This document shows, one piece after another, positions 8,775 through 18,514 of a stretch of 64,000 nucleotides of DNA (position 1 is its first letter; each line of letters begins with the position of its first letter). The translations under genes and the position numbers were made by a program. The notes below the pieces were generated by a model that did not search any database, was not told the origin of the DNA, and saw only the letters and a list, made by a program, of their open reading frames with translations. The DNA lies in NCBI GenBank assembly GCA_004524445.1, contig SDNP01000013.1:12326-76325 (forward strand). The letters are read 5' to 3'. This DNA is from Candidatus Thorarchaeota archaeon. GTDB taxonomy: Archaea > Asgardarchaeota > Thorarchaeia > Thorarchaeales > Thorarchaeaceae.

Positions 8775-9776
8775 CTAGTACCCTACCTTCTCAATGGCTA
8801 ACAGCATGTCCTCGTGCTTTGCATGGACATGCTTGAGGACAGAATACCTATTGCGCTTATTCATGATTCTAATCGCATGATCGATATCATCGAGGAATAA
8901 CTCCCTTGTTAAATCCATCTCATCAAAGGTAACAGGCATTTCTTCTCTCTTCATGAATCGCAGAATTTCTGTAGGGGAATATTTTCCATAGTCAGTCTGC
9001 TCCATAAAATGGAGACTAAATGGAGTTGCGAATGCAACTTGTATTCCATGGAGATTATGATTACGTCTGTCCATGGCGTGAGAGATTGCATGTTCAGTTC
9101 CAGAGCAAGGTCGTGAACTACCGAATTCACTCATTGCAATACCCGCATCAATTACCGACCCAACGAGTACCTCCAGTGAGCTGTTAGTTAATACCGCCTC
9201 CAAGGCAGCCTCAACGGTCGCATATACATCAGAATCATACTCCTCGTCAGCGTAATCTCTTGCAAGGCGCCACTCTGCAAGACTTGAAGCTTTACTAATG
9301 ACGTCTCCCAATCCTGAGAGTCGAAGATGAGGTGGAGCATCGTCCATGATGTCCAAATCCGCCAGAATCAATTTGGGTCGTTTACATTTCTCTGAATAGC
9401 GATATCCGTTATGCATCACTGATGCCACTTCACTTGCTATGCCATCATGAGATGCTGCGGTGGGGATTGAAATCCACTCGATGTGGGAATCTCTCGCCAT
9501 AATTTTTGCTTGATCAATACTCCTCCCTCCTCCAAAGCCCAAAATAATATCTGCATCAATCATACTCTTGGTATTCTTAGCGATTCTATCATTAATGATT
9601 AACCACTCAAGCTTCTCACCTACAATTGATGAAACCAATTTGCTGTACTTCTCGTAAAGCAGTAAATCAGTCACACAAATTGGTTTGTCATACCCTTCTA
9701 GAATGCCATCAAGTTTCTCTATCGCCTCCCTTGCAACGATTACTTTACTGGAACAATTGGAGGTCATGAGTTGCAA
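8775..9776 (-). CDS. egsA: sn-glycerol-1-phosphate dehydrogenase (NAD(P)+)
   Basis: GFGGGRSID, PTAASHDGIAS, SSRPCSGTEHAISHA, LHGIQV. Confidence 0.9.
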   Translation of the reverse strand: MQLMTSNCSSKVIVAREAIEKLDGILEGYDKPICVTDLLLYEKYSKLVSSIVGEKLEWLIINDRIAKNTKSMIDADIILGFGGGRSIDQAKIMARDSHIEWISIPTAASHDGIASEVASVMHNGYRYSEKCKRPKLILADLDIMDDAPPHLRLSGLGDVISKASSLAEWRLARDYADEEYDSDVYATVEAALEAVLTNSSLEVLVGSVIDAGIAMSEFGSSRPCSGTEHAISHAMDRRNHNLHGIQVAFATPFSLHFMEQTDYGKYSPTEILRFMKREEMPVTFDEMDLTRELFLDDIDHAIRIMNKRNRYSVLKHVHAKHEDMLLAIEKVGY

Positions 9777-9964
9777 TCCTTCTAATCATCATCACTGTCT
9801 GCAGTGAATTGTTAGCAGACGTGGTCGTTATTAACATTGACCAATAGAAGCCTTCAGAAACATATTACCATGGTAGGAAACAGAAAGCGAGTGTTACCTC
9901 TGAAATACTCTAGCTGATATGTCTGGAATGTTCCCTTTCCTATATACGAGAGGAGTCAACACAT

Positions 9965-10462
9965 ATGACCCGTTATCTCAAGGTTGCGCTCATGGGTTCA
10001 GGATATGCAGGCAAATCTACCCTAATACGACTTCTAACCGATGAAACTACCAAATTAAAGACAAATTATACCCCTACTGCCGGGATGGACTGCGGAACGA
10101 TTACATTAGACAGTTCTACTAAGGTGACCCTCGTTGAGATGGGCGGACAAACGCACTTTGAGTTTATGTGGCCAGATTTGCTGAAAGGAAGTAAAATGGT
10201 TGTTGTAGTTACAGAAAGCACACCCAAGGCTGTGTTAAGAACCCGACAACTTCTTCAAAAATACAGGAATGAACTTGAAGGAGTTCAAGTCATGGCGATT
10301 GCCAACAAGCAAGACCTTCCAGGTTCAATGAAACCGGGATCCGTACAGGACTTACTTGGAATACCCACTTATGGTATGGTTGCAATTGACCCCAAGCAAC
10401 GACTTCATGGCTACAAGTTGCTAGTAAGTGGGCTTAGAGATATGTGTGAAGTAGCGGCTTAG
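9965..10462 (+). CDS. Small Ras-superfamily (Arf-related) GTPase
   Basis: G1 GSGYAGKST, G2 PTAG, G3 variant EMGGQ, G4 NKQD. Confidence 0.88.
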   Translation: MTRYLKVALMGSGYAGKSTLIRLLTDETTKLKTNYTPTAGMDCGTITLDSSTKVTLVEMGGQTHFEFMWPDLLKGSKMVVVVTESTPKAVLRTRQLLQKYRNELEGVQVMAIANKQDLPGSMKPGSVQDLLGIPTYGMVAIDPKQRLHGYKLLVSGLRDMCEVAA

Positions 10463-10526
10463 ACTAATGGTCTGATTCCATCAGTCTTATGATAACTCTT
10501 TTAAACTAACAAAGGTCTGGACGATT

Positions 10527-10605
10527 GCCCAGGACACGGGCGACAGAGCTGGTTGGAGCTTGCTCACCATCTAGCGAGTCCGTCCGGGACTAGTGTCTTT
10601 TGGGT
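10527..10605 (+). promoter_or_regulatory. Structured 5' leader (or small RNA) upstream of the rpoD operon
   Basis: Extended imperfect hairpin starting ~20-25 nt after a TTTTAAA TATA-like box. Confidence 0.45.
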
Positions 10606-10633
10606 GTAACTACCACCATGATTAGGTGAGAAT

Positions 10634-11434
10634 ATGGAGATTACAATCCTTCACAAAGATGAGAGAAAGGTCAATTTCCTCTTAGAGGGTGTGGATGTGG
10701 CCTTTGCGAATGCACTTCGCAGAACCATGTTAACCCGTTTACCTTCAATGGCAATTGATGAGGTCCTCATACTCGAAAATACAAGTGTCATGTATGACGA
10801 GATGTTGGCACATCGACTTGGACTTGTCCCACTGACAACAGTTCTAGAGGACTACAACCTTCCAGAAGAATGCGATTGTGAAGGAAAAGGATGTAGTCTC
10901 TGTCAGTGTACACTCACCTTGGAAATCGAGGCCGAAGATGATGACAAGATTGTCTACTCACGTGATTTGTCTTCTCAAGATCCGAAGGTAGTTCCAGCCT
11001 CAGGCGACATACCTCTTGTAAAACTAGCACCACGTCAACGGCTCATTATTGAAACATATGCAAAGCTTGGCAAAGGGGTTGATAATGCAAAATTCCAGCC
11101 CGTTGCAACAGTTTCATACAAGTATGTACCGCTTGTAACCGTTGATAAATCAAAGTGTGATCAGTGTGGAGACTGTGTAGAGGTATGTGCGAAGAATATT
11201 CTGAAGCTTGAGGATGATACAATTGTCACACAAAACACGCTAGATTGCAGTCTTTGTGAGGCATGTGTAGAAGAATGCGAATCCGGGGCCATAACAATCG
11301 ATACCAAAAAGAACAGCTTTCTGTTTAAAATAGAATCTACAGGTGCGCTTCCTCCAGAAGAGATAGTGGAGAAAGCTGCAGAACTGTTGATGGAACGAAT
11401 TCAAGTGGCGCTTGACTTTGCTAATTCACTCTGA
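10634..11434 (+). CDS. rpoD: RNA polymerase subunit D (Rpo3) with ferredoxin-like domain
   Basis: ANALRRTML, NTSVMYDEMLAHRLGLVP, two CxxCxxCxxxC motifs. Confidence 0.97.
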   Translation: MEITILHKDERKVNFLLEGVDVAFANALRRTMLTRLPSMAIDEVLILENTSVMYDEMLAHRLGLVPLTTVLEDYNLPEECDCEGKGCSLCQCTLTLEIEAEDDDKIVYSRDLSSQDPKVVPASGDIPLVKLAPRQRLIIETYAKLGKGVDNAKFQPVATVSYKYVPLVTVDKSKCDQCGDCVEVCAKNILKLEDDTIVTQNTLDCSLCEACVEECESGAITIDTKKNSFLFKIESTGALPPEEIVEKAAELLMERIQVALDFANSL

Positions 11435-11444
11435 GGGAGCAAAA

Positions 11445-11807
11445 ATGGTAAGGACTGGACCAACTGACCCTAATACACGCGCGTTAATTAATGCGCTTAG
11501 AAAGACTTCAACGAAACACGATACTGGAATTTGGAAACGAGTGGCTGAGCTGTTATCTGCACCAACTAGAAAACGGGCCACAGTCAATGTCAGCAAGATT
11601 CAGCGACATACCAACGATGGTGATGTCATCGTAATACCTGGAAAGGTACTGGGCTCAGGAATTCTAACGAACAAAGTCACAGTGGCTGCATTAAACGCAT
11701 CAACATCTGCTAGGTCGATGATTATTGATGCTGGCGGTTCTCTAATTTCAATCCACGAGTTATTGAATCAGGCTCCCAGCGGAAAAGGAGTAACGATAAT
11801 TACATAG
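11445..11807 (+). CDS. rpl18e: 50S ribosomal protein L18e
   Basis: IWKRVAELL...VNVSKI...VIPGKVLGSG. Confidence 0.96.
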   Translation: MVRTGPTDPNTRALINALRKTSTKHDTGIWKRVAELLSAPTRKRATVNVSKIQRHTNDGDVIVIPGKVLGSGILTNKVTVAALNASTSARSMIIDAGGSLISIHELLNQAPSGKGVTIIT

Positions 11808-12269
11808 GTGACTGAGATGAGCGACGATAGCGTAATAGTCTATGATGCCAAGAATATGGTTGCCGGCCGCTTAGCATCGAAAGTTGCAAAGGCAGCACTA
11901 CTCGGAAGGAACGTGGTTGTTGTGAATGCGGAAAAGGCCATCATCACAGGAGATAGAGATACTGTGGTCCAGGCATACAAAGAGAAATCCAATATCAGGA
12001 CTTCATACAATCCACAAAGAGGTCCATTTCATAACAGACGGCCCGACAAGATGCTGCGCCGTATAATCCGCGGAATGCTTCCCTATCCCAAACCTCGGGG
12101 AAAGAAAGCATTCAAACGCATTCAAGTATACATGGGCATACCCTATGAATATGAGGAAGAAGAAAAGGTAATTCTCGAAGGTTCTAAGTATAGAAGTCTG
12201 ACAATGAAATACATCACCATTTCCGATCTTTGCCATGAATTAGGTTGGAGAAATCCGGAGGTAGCATAG
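11808..12269 (+). CDS. rpl13: 50S ribosomal protein L13
   Basis: DAKNMVAGRLASKVAK, IRGMLPY. Confidence 0.96.
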   Translation: MTEMSDDSVIVYDAKNMVAGRLASKVAKAALLGRNVVVVNAEKAIITGDRDTVVQAYKEKSNIRTSYNPQRGPFHNRRPDKMLRRIIRGMLPYPKPRGKKAFKRIQVYMGIPYEYEEEEKVILEGSKYRSLTMKYITISDLCHELGWRNPEVA

Positions 12270-12270
12270 A

Positions 12271-12669
12271 ATGCGTGTAGTAGTATCAACAGGAAAGAGA
12301 AAAACATCGATTGCAAAGGCCACGGTAAAGGATGGTAGGGGGCAAGCTCGGATAAATGGGAAGCCTCTGGAGATAATACAGCCCGAGGTTGCAAGAATGC
12401 GAATGATGGAGCCTCTTATGATGTTTGGAGATGCATGGAAGAATTACGATATCAAAGTCAGAGTAAGCGGTGGGGGATTCATGGGACAGGCTGATGCTGT
12501 ACGAATGGCAATTGCCACAGGTCTAGTGAGGATGAGCCAAGACTTTGAGGCACGGTCAAAAATGCTTGAACACGATAGAACCATGATTGTTGGTGACCCC
12601 AGACGAACCGAGTCAAAGAAGTTTGGAGGGCCATCAGCTCGGTCTAGATATCAGAAGTCTTACAGGTGA
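12271..12669 (+). CDS. rps9: 30S ribosomal protein S9
   Basis: GKRKTSIA...[17 protein letters not shown]. Confidence 0.97.
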   Translation: MRVVVSTGKRKTSIAKATVKDGRGQARINGKPLEIIQPEVARMRMMEPLMMFGDAWKNYDIKVRVSGGGFMGQADAVRMAIATGLVRMSQDFEARSKMLEHDRTMIVGDPRRTESKKFGGPSARSRYQKSYR

Positions 12670-12682
12670 GGAGAGAAGAAGG

Positions 12683-12910
12683 ATGATTATTCCAGTTCGG
12701 TGCTTTACTTGTGGCAAAGTTGTTGCTGACAAGTATGAGCAATTCAAACGTGAAGTGCGGCAGGGAGAAGACCCAGCAGATGTACTTGATAAGCTAGGAC
12801 TAGAGCGTTATTGCTGTCGTCGGATGCTTTTGTCCCATATTGACATTATTGACAGTTTCATAGCTTTTTCTACAACTGAAGCTCGTGCGGAGGTAAAAGA
12901 TTTTGATTAG
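12683..12910 (+). CDS. rpoN: RNA polymerase subunit N (Rpo10)
   Basis: [11 protein letters not shown]...RYCCRRMLL. Confidence 0.97.
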   Translation: MIIPVRCFTCGKVVADKYEQFKREVRQGEDPADVLDKLGLERYCCRRMLLSHIDIIDSFIAFSTTEARAEVKDFD

Positions 12911-13541
12911 TGAGAGTGATTTGGGAGAGGTTGACCTTCTGACCCCGATGGACAAATATCTAGCAGCTGGTTGTCATATCGGCACACAGGTTAAAACTCA
13001 GGACATGGAACCATTTGTGTACAGACAGCGCCCAATAGGTCTATACGTTTTGGATGTGAGAGAAACCGATGAGAGAATCCGTACAGCTGCCAAATTCATC
13101 TCTCGATTTGACCCAGACAAGGTTGTCGTTGTTTCTGGACGTGTCTACGGGAAACGACCAGTTGAAAGCTTTGCTAAATTCATTGGTGCTCATGCTTTCA
13201 CCGACCGATTTGTTCCTGGGACATTAACCAATCCAAATATTGCAGGTCCACGAATTTACATTGAGCCTGAACTTGTTATCTTAACAGACCCTCGGACCGA
13301 TGAACAAGCTCTATCAGAAGCTGCCAAAATTGGCATACCCGTGATAGCCCTTTGTGACACGGACAATAACACGACTAATGTTGACCTTGTAATCCCTTCA
13401 AATAATCGTGGTCGCAAGGCACTTGCTCTGGTGTATTTCCTATTGGCAAGAGAGGTTCTAAGGGAACGGGGTGATATCCCTGTGGATGCAGAAGTCGCAT
13501 TCAGTACAGAGGACTTTGAACCCCAACTACAGAGGATATAG
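12903..13541 (+). CDS. rps2: 30S ribosomal protein S2
   Basis: [31 protein letters not shown]. Confidence 0.97.
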   Translation: MISESDLGEVDLLTPMDKYLAAGCHIGTQVKTQDMEPFVYRQRPIGLYVLDVRETDERIRTAAKFISRFDPDKVVVVSGRVYGKRPVESFAKFIGAHAFTDRFVPGTLTNPNIAGPRIYIEPELVILTDPRTDEQALSEAAKIGIPVIALCDTDNNTTNVDLVIPSNNRGRKALALVYFLLAREVLRERGDIPVDAEVAFSTEDFEPQLQRI

Positions 13542-13548
13542 TTTCACT

Positions 13549-13935
13549 CTAGCTAACAATGGAGATGACGCCCTCTGCGGCGTCAACTTCTACTTTCTGC
13601 CCCGTCTTTAATTTCTTGATATCTACTTTATCAACAGCAGGAATTTCTGATATTATACAGCCCACAGCCACAACGGGATCCGTTGACTCATTTATGATTG
13701 CTAATGGCGCCTTTCCAGCTTTACTAAGCGCGTAGAGTACATAAGAGCCTACAGTCGACCCTTTGCCCGTTGGGAAAGCCAGCACCTTTCCCGATACGGA
13801 CTTGCCTTCCAGCTCATGCCCCTTCTCAACAATCACACCCGTTTCAGGATCACATCCCCCATAGAAGGAGATATCCTCCGAGGTCATCAGTACTTCTCCC
13901 CTGGCTTTCCCTTTGAATATCGTTCTCCCCTTCAT
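13549..13935 (-). CDS. Phosphomevalonate dehydratase small subunit (AcnX type 2, DUF126)
   Basis: ISFYGGCDPETG, GKGSTVGSYVLY; ATGA overlap with the large subunit. Confidence 0.9.
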   Translation of the reverse strand: MKGRTIFKGKARGEVLMTSEDISFYGGCDPETGVIVEKGHELEGKSVSGKVLAFPTGKGSTVGSYVLYALSKAGKAPLAIINESTDPVVAVGCIISEIPAVDKVDIKKLKTGQKVEVDAAEGVISIVS

Positions 13936-15119
13936 TTGATTGCCTCCTCTAAACATTCTTCAACAGTCCGTATCTTGGTGCGAAAATCATTCTTACCTCG
14001 TGCATAGAAACAAGCTTTTGCAGAGTCTGTCATTAGGCCTGTGAAACGTCCCTTCAATGGCGCTACTGCACAACACGCATCACTGACGAGATATGCGCCC
14101 GCATTCTCTATAATATCATAGTACCCCATCTTTCTTGCGAGGTCTTTAGTTGGACGCGCAGTGGTAATCCAAACTGTCTTGCCAGCGGCTATTTTCTTCC
14201 CCTTCAGTATTTCTGCTACGCGGGCAATTTCCTTTATGCTAGCATGCGGGCAACCAATGCTGATAAAATCGATATCCGCATCCTCATCGTCAAGCTTAAC
14301 TCTTGCCGACTCTAATTCGTCTTTTGTTACAATCTCAGTTTCTTCAGGAATAGTCGTTCTATTTGGCGTGATGCCCTCCATATGATAGATTGCCACCCCT
14401 CCGAATGTGGCAACAGATGCACCGAATGATTTCAATTCCTCAGTTGATGCATGTTCTATTCCTGTGATATACGGTATCTTGTTCCCCGTTCGCTCACCGA
14501 TAACCTGACCTAATAACCCAAAATCATCTGTTTCCTCAATGTTCGCTTCAATTTCATATGTAATCTGTGCGTTTCGATTCTTCTCCAAATGAAGACCATA
14601 TTCAGCGGTTCTCCCAGTAAGGGCTGCTGCAAGTGCGCTTGGTCCGCCTTCTCTATTGGTCCGTGCTCCTATCACCGAATTTGCAAAACACACTGCTGAT
14701 GATTCAGCCCATGCAATATGTTCGCCATAATGGGGAAGATTACCAATTAGATACGGGGTACAAGTACAGGTGGTCACAACTCCCATTTTGGAAAATGCAT
14801 CAACCACCCGCTGTTGATTCTCAGCAAAATCTTCGCTTATGCCATGTTTTTTCCACTCTTCAAGATCCATACCTGCAGGATTAAGGGTTGTGAGTACTTG
14901 AGTCGTTCCATCCTCTGCCATTTCATCTAGGTACTCAAGTCCAGCCTCTCCGAGATTATGGTATGAAACCCCAGCAATCTGCACGCTTGAAATTGGTATC
15001 AAACGCTCAGCACCATAGATGGTACCCAGAGTTGTGATAATTTCCATGGCCTTTTTGGTAGCTATTCCATAATCTCCGTTCAGCATAGCTTTCTCTTCTG
15101 TGTTAAGCTCAAGTCCCAT
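13932..15119 (-). CDS. Phosphomevalonate dehydratase large subunit (AcnX, DUF521)
   Basis: TCTCTPY, AWAESSAV, IGARTNREGGP, IGCPHAS, TDSAK. Confidence 0.92.
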   Translation of the reverse strand: MGLELNTEEKAMLNGDYGIATKKAMEIITTLGTIYGAERLIPISSVQIAGVSYHNLGEAGLEYLDEMAEDGTTQVLTTLNPAGMDLEEWKKHGISEDFAENQQRVVDAFSKMGVVTTCTCTPYLIGNLPHYGEHIAWAESSAVCFANSVIGARTNREGGPSALAAALTGRTAEYGLHLEKNRNAQITYEIEANIEETDDFGLLGQVIGERTGNKIPYITGIEHASTEELKSFGASVATFGGVAIYHMEGITPNRTTIPEETEIVTKDELESARVKLDDEDADIDFISIGCPHASIKEIARVAEILKGKKIAAGKTVWITTARPTKDLARKMGYYDIIENAGAYLVSDACCAVAPLKGRFTGLMTDSAKACFYARGKNDFRTKIRTVEECLEEAIK

Positions 15120-15125
15120 TCACAG

Positions 15126-16430
15126 TCACCCCACATATTTGTCCAATTCTACTTCTGGAAATTCCGCCTTTTCAAAGCTCTTTCCTTTAGACTCCAGAAC
15201 TTTTGTACAATCAAATCCAACTTTTGTCGTCATTTTCGTCCCGGGTTCAGCACTGGGATCGAGGGAACTTCCAGGTTCCTTGTCCTTGATGAGAAGGTCC
15301 ACATCTGCCTGAAATCGTGTAGCCATAGCCCATTCACGCTCTTGTTCATTATAGATGTCAATGTCATCATCATAAACCCAGACGTGTTTTGCACTTGTGT
15401 GTCCTTCAAAAGCAGCCTCCATGGCTTTAATGCCGTCATCTTCGTTCTTTTTATTGACCTTCACTGCAATGTGAAGCCAACTTGCACCGCCTGGTGTTAT
15501 ATTCACGTCAATCACTTCTACGCCGCGGTCCTTTACTTTCTTGTAAACCGTCGGCTCCCTAGGCATTCCCATCAGAATCTTGTGTTCTGCTCTTCCCGGT
15601 AGTAATGCTTGCCAAATCGCGTTTTTCCTGTGGGTTATTTTCTTTACATGAAATACTGGTTCCTGCCTCACAACATCGACTGTTTCAGTGAGATCAATAA
15701 ATGGACCTTCGTCATGTTTCTCTTCCAAATAGACAGTCCCTTCCAACACAAATTCTGCATCAGCAGGAATAAGCAAACTCGAGGTTTCTGCTTTTGTCAC
15801 TCGAATCTTCCTAAGCGCATTGGCTATCTCTAATTCATTTACCCCGGTTTCTACTGACGTAGCAGCAGCAATAAGAATCTCTGGAGTATTCCCTATGCAC
15901 ATTGCTATGTCTACCTGTCCTCTTTTCTCGAGGAATTTCGAGAAGTCCCGCCCCCTAACGACTCTAATCACCATCTTGTCTTTATCAAACTGCATTCCGC
16001 GATGGAAATCTAAGTTCTGGCCATATTCTGGGTCCGACGAAACAACCACACCTGAAGATACGTACGGTCCCCCATCAGCCTTGTTGTGGAGAAGAATGGG
16101 AATCATATCCAAGTCCACCTCTTTCTCCACAACTTCTTGACAAGGTGCATTATTCACTATCTCTGGTGAAGAACGATTATCGATTGCCGCACTTAATGTA
16201 GGAATAATGTCTTCTTTCTCAATACCGAAGTATGATGCAACTTGACCTTTTGTGCAAAATAGATTTCCTGCCACCCTGTAGTCCGAATCGGTCAAATTCT
16301 CAAAAATCGCCGGTTTGGGCTCAAGAGCCTTCAATACTCCAGCAATCTCATATTTCTTCGATACCGGTTTTCCAATTACGGTTAACTTCCCTTCTTTTTC
16401 TAGTTCCTTCATGTAGTTCTCCAAAATCAA
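15126..16430 (-). CDS. UbiD-family decarboxylase, probably anhydromevalonate phosphate decarboxylase
   Basis: DGGPYVSSG, EGPFID, WAMATRFQAD, GSSLDPS; operon with MVK and AcnX. Confidence 0.88.
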   Translation of the reverse strand: MILENYMKELEKEGKLTVIGKPVSKKYEIAGVLKALEPKPAIFENLTDSDYRVAGNLFCTKGQVASYFGIEKEDIIPTLSAAIDNRSSPEIVNNAPCQEVVEKEVDLDMIPILLHNKADGGPYVSSGVVVSSDPEYGQNLDFHRGMQFDKDKMVIRVVRGRDFSKFLEKRGQVDIAMCIGNTPEILIAAATSVETGVNELEIANALRKIRVTKAETSSLLIPADAEFVLEGTVYLEEKHDEGPFIDLTETVDVVRQEPVFHVKKITHRKNAIWQALLPGRAEHKILMGMPREPTVYKKVKDRGVEVIDVNITPGGASWLHIAVKVNKKNEDDGIKAMEAAFEGHTSAKHVWVYDDDIDIYNEQEREWAMATRFQADVDLLIKDKEPGSSLDPSAEPGTKMTTKVGFDCTKVLESKGKSFEKAEFPEVELDKYVG

Positions 16431-16446
16431 TAATCATGCCTCCTCT

Positions 16447-17385
16447 CTATCCGAAAGTAGTTCGCAATACTGTCGCAGCTCCACGTCCTTCAAGTGCAGC
16501 CGCGATTTTGTCACCAGCAGGCTTGTCTGGTGGAAGTGAAATCATATTTCCGCCTCTGCCTGTACCCGTTAGTTTTGCACCCAAGGCCCCATTGGATAAA
16601 GCAATGTCAACAAAATTGTCGAGCTCTTTACATGAAACTGTTAGTTCCTGTAGTAGTTCGTGATTTCTACTCATTAGTTCGCCAACTCTCTTGAGGTCGT
16701 GCTGCTTTAGAGCCTCCAAACCATCTTGAACGAGTGATTTGTACTCATCAGCGATATTATCAAACCACTCAGGATTCTCTTCTCTCTTTCGACGCACATC
16801 TCCGACCACTTCTGTCGTACTTGCAGTGCGACCGGTGGATGCGATAACAAGGCTCACAGGGTCATCTAACTCAATTCTTTTGAAAGTTGGTGACCCGCCA
16901 TCAAGATTTCTCTCATACCATACAAGTCCGCCATACGTGGATGCAGTGTTGTCAATTCCCGAGGGAGTTCCATGATACCCTTTCTCCCCCTCATAAGCTG
17001 CTTCGTTTATTTTTTCATCATCTAAACCAAGGTCAAATTCATCATTCAGGGCGCGTGCAATGGCTACACAGCTTGCGGCGCTTGCGCCAATGCCCGACGC
17101 ACAAATCAAATTTCCTCCAAGCTCGATGTGTATGCCTTGTTCCGAAATATCTAGTCCAACATGGTCAATGATGTTGTTTATCGAAATTTTCTGTTCATCA
17201 AGCTTCTTTTCCTTGTATCCTGGAGTAGCTGGTCTATCATCATCCAGACTCCATCCAGGCTTATCTTTTCTCGTGACTTTCGCCACTGTTTCTGAATCTA
17301 TACCTGCAGCTAATGCGGGCAAACCATATACAACAAAATGTTCACCAAAAAGGATGCTTTTTCCACGGCCTTTGCCAATTCCCAT
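16447..17385 (-). CDS. mvk: Mevalonate kinase
   Basis: GKSILFGEHFVVYG, SGIGASAA, HGTPSGIDN, GAKLTGTGRGG. Confidence 0.93.
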   Translation of the reverse strand: MGIGKGRGKSILFGEHFVVYGLPALAAGIDSETVAKVTRKDKPGWSLDDDRPATPGYKEKKLDEQKISINNIIDHVGLDISEQGIHIELGGNLICASGIGASAASCVAIARALNDEFDLGLDDEKINEAAYEGEKGYHGTPSGIDNTASTYGGLVWYERNLDGGSPTFKRIELDDPVSLVIASTGRTASTTEVVGDVRRKREENPEWFDNIADEYKSLVQDGLEALKQHDLKRVGELMSRNHELLQELTVSCKELDNFVDIALSNGALGAKLTGTGRGGNMISLPPDKPAGDKIAAALEGRGAATVLRTTFG

Positions 17386-17539
17386 GTTATCACACTCGAT
17401 ATATTGAGTCTGTCACTTGCCCGTAAATAATCGCCTCTTTTGAATTCTTCCTTCGACAAATCGCTAAATGTCTTTAAGGGGGCAGTGACTCATCTCTTGA
17501 GGAAAAAATATCTCATGCTATGGAGCAGGAACGTCAGAT

Positions 17540-18514
17540 ATGTCAGTTAAATTGGTGGACTTATTTTGTGGTGCAGGCGGTTTCTCAACAGGATTCGCTC
17601 AGCTGAAGCCGTCTCTGCATGTTGGCATTGATTATGACCAAATCGCCTTGGAAACCTTTTCTCGGAATCATCCTGATGGAATAACATATCACACTGATAT
17701 CAGTACGCTCCACGCCAATCATATCATCTCAATGCTTGATGGCCATCCTGACATTGTTTTGGCTTCTCCTCCATGTGAGGAGTTCAGTTTGGCGAATCCA
17801 AAGAGTGCAGAGTCTGCTATAAATCGTATCTACGGTGATGGTAGTGCACGGCTTATACTTGATGCAATTCGTCTGATTGGCGATCTCAACCCCTCCGTTT
17901 TCATTATAGAAAATGTCGCGGCTGTTCTGAAAGGCGATGGAGCGAGTGTAATCAGGTCAGAATTAGAACGAATTGGGATGGACAGAATCCACTTCAATTT
18001 GATTAGGTGCCATCATCACGGGAACCCATCTAAACGGTTGCGGGTCTTCATCAGTAATAGAAAAATCCGGCTATCCAAAACAATTCCCTCCAGAGTTATA
18101 GATGTAATCGGTGATCTCCCTCCACTTGATGTGACTACCATTCTCTCACCACATAGGCATATGCCTAACCACGACTATGTTCCTGTGAGCAAAGACAAAC
18201 TAAAACGGATTCGACGGACACGTTGGGGCTTTGGAGCAAGACATGTACGTGTATCAAGGAGGCGCACCCTGAAGGATTGGGTTCGTCTTCATCCCAAGCA
18301 GGTGTCCACATCAATAATTGGAAAGTCTAGATACATCCACCCCTATGAAAATCGACTACTAACAGTGAGAGAGCATGCTCGATTGATGTCCTATCCCGAT
18401 GAATATATTTTCAAAGGACATACCGATAGTCAGTTCGACCAAGTTGGAGAAAGTGTTCCCCCAGTAGTTTCACAGAAGATTGCAGAGGAGGTAATGAGAC
18501 AAATTGACAAATAA
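17540..18514 (+). CDS. C5 DNA cytosine methyltransferase (orphan)
   Basis: DLFCGAGG, SPPC, ENV, RLRVF, LTVREHARLMSYPD, VGESVPP. Confidence 0.9.
   Translation: MSVKLVDLFCGAGGFSTGFAQLKPSLHVGIDYDQIALETFSRNHPDGITYHTDISTLHANHIISMLDGHPDIVLASPPCEEFSLANPKSAESAINRIYGDGSARLILDAIRLIGDLNPSVFIIENVAAVLKGDGASVIRSELERIGMDRIHFNLIRCHHHGNPSKRLRVFISNRKIRLSKTIPSRVIDVIGDLPPLDVTTILSPHRHMPNHDYVPVSKDKLKRIRRTRWGFGARHVRVSRRRTLKDWVRLHPKQVSTSIIGKSRYIHPYENRLLTVREHARLMSYPDEYIFKGHTDSQFDQVGESVPPVVSQKIAEEVMRQIDK

Noticed and set aside
17540-18514. Restriction-modification or defence island
   Set aside because: No endonuclease, specificity subunit or mobility genes nearby; the flanks are housekeeping genes.
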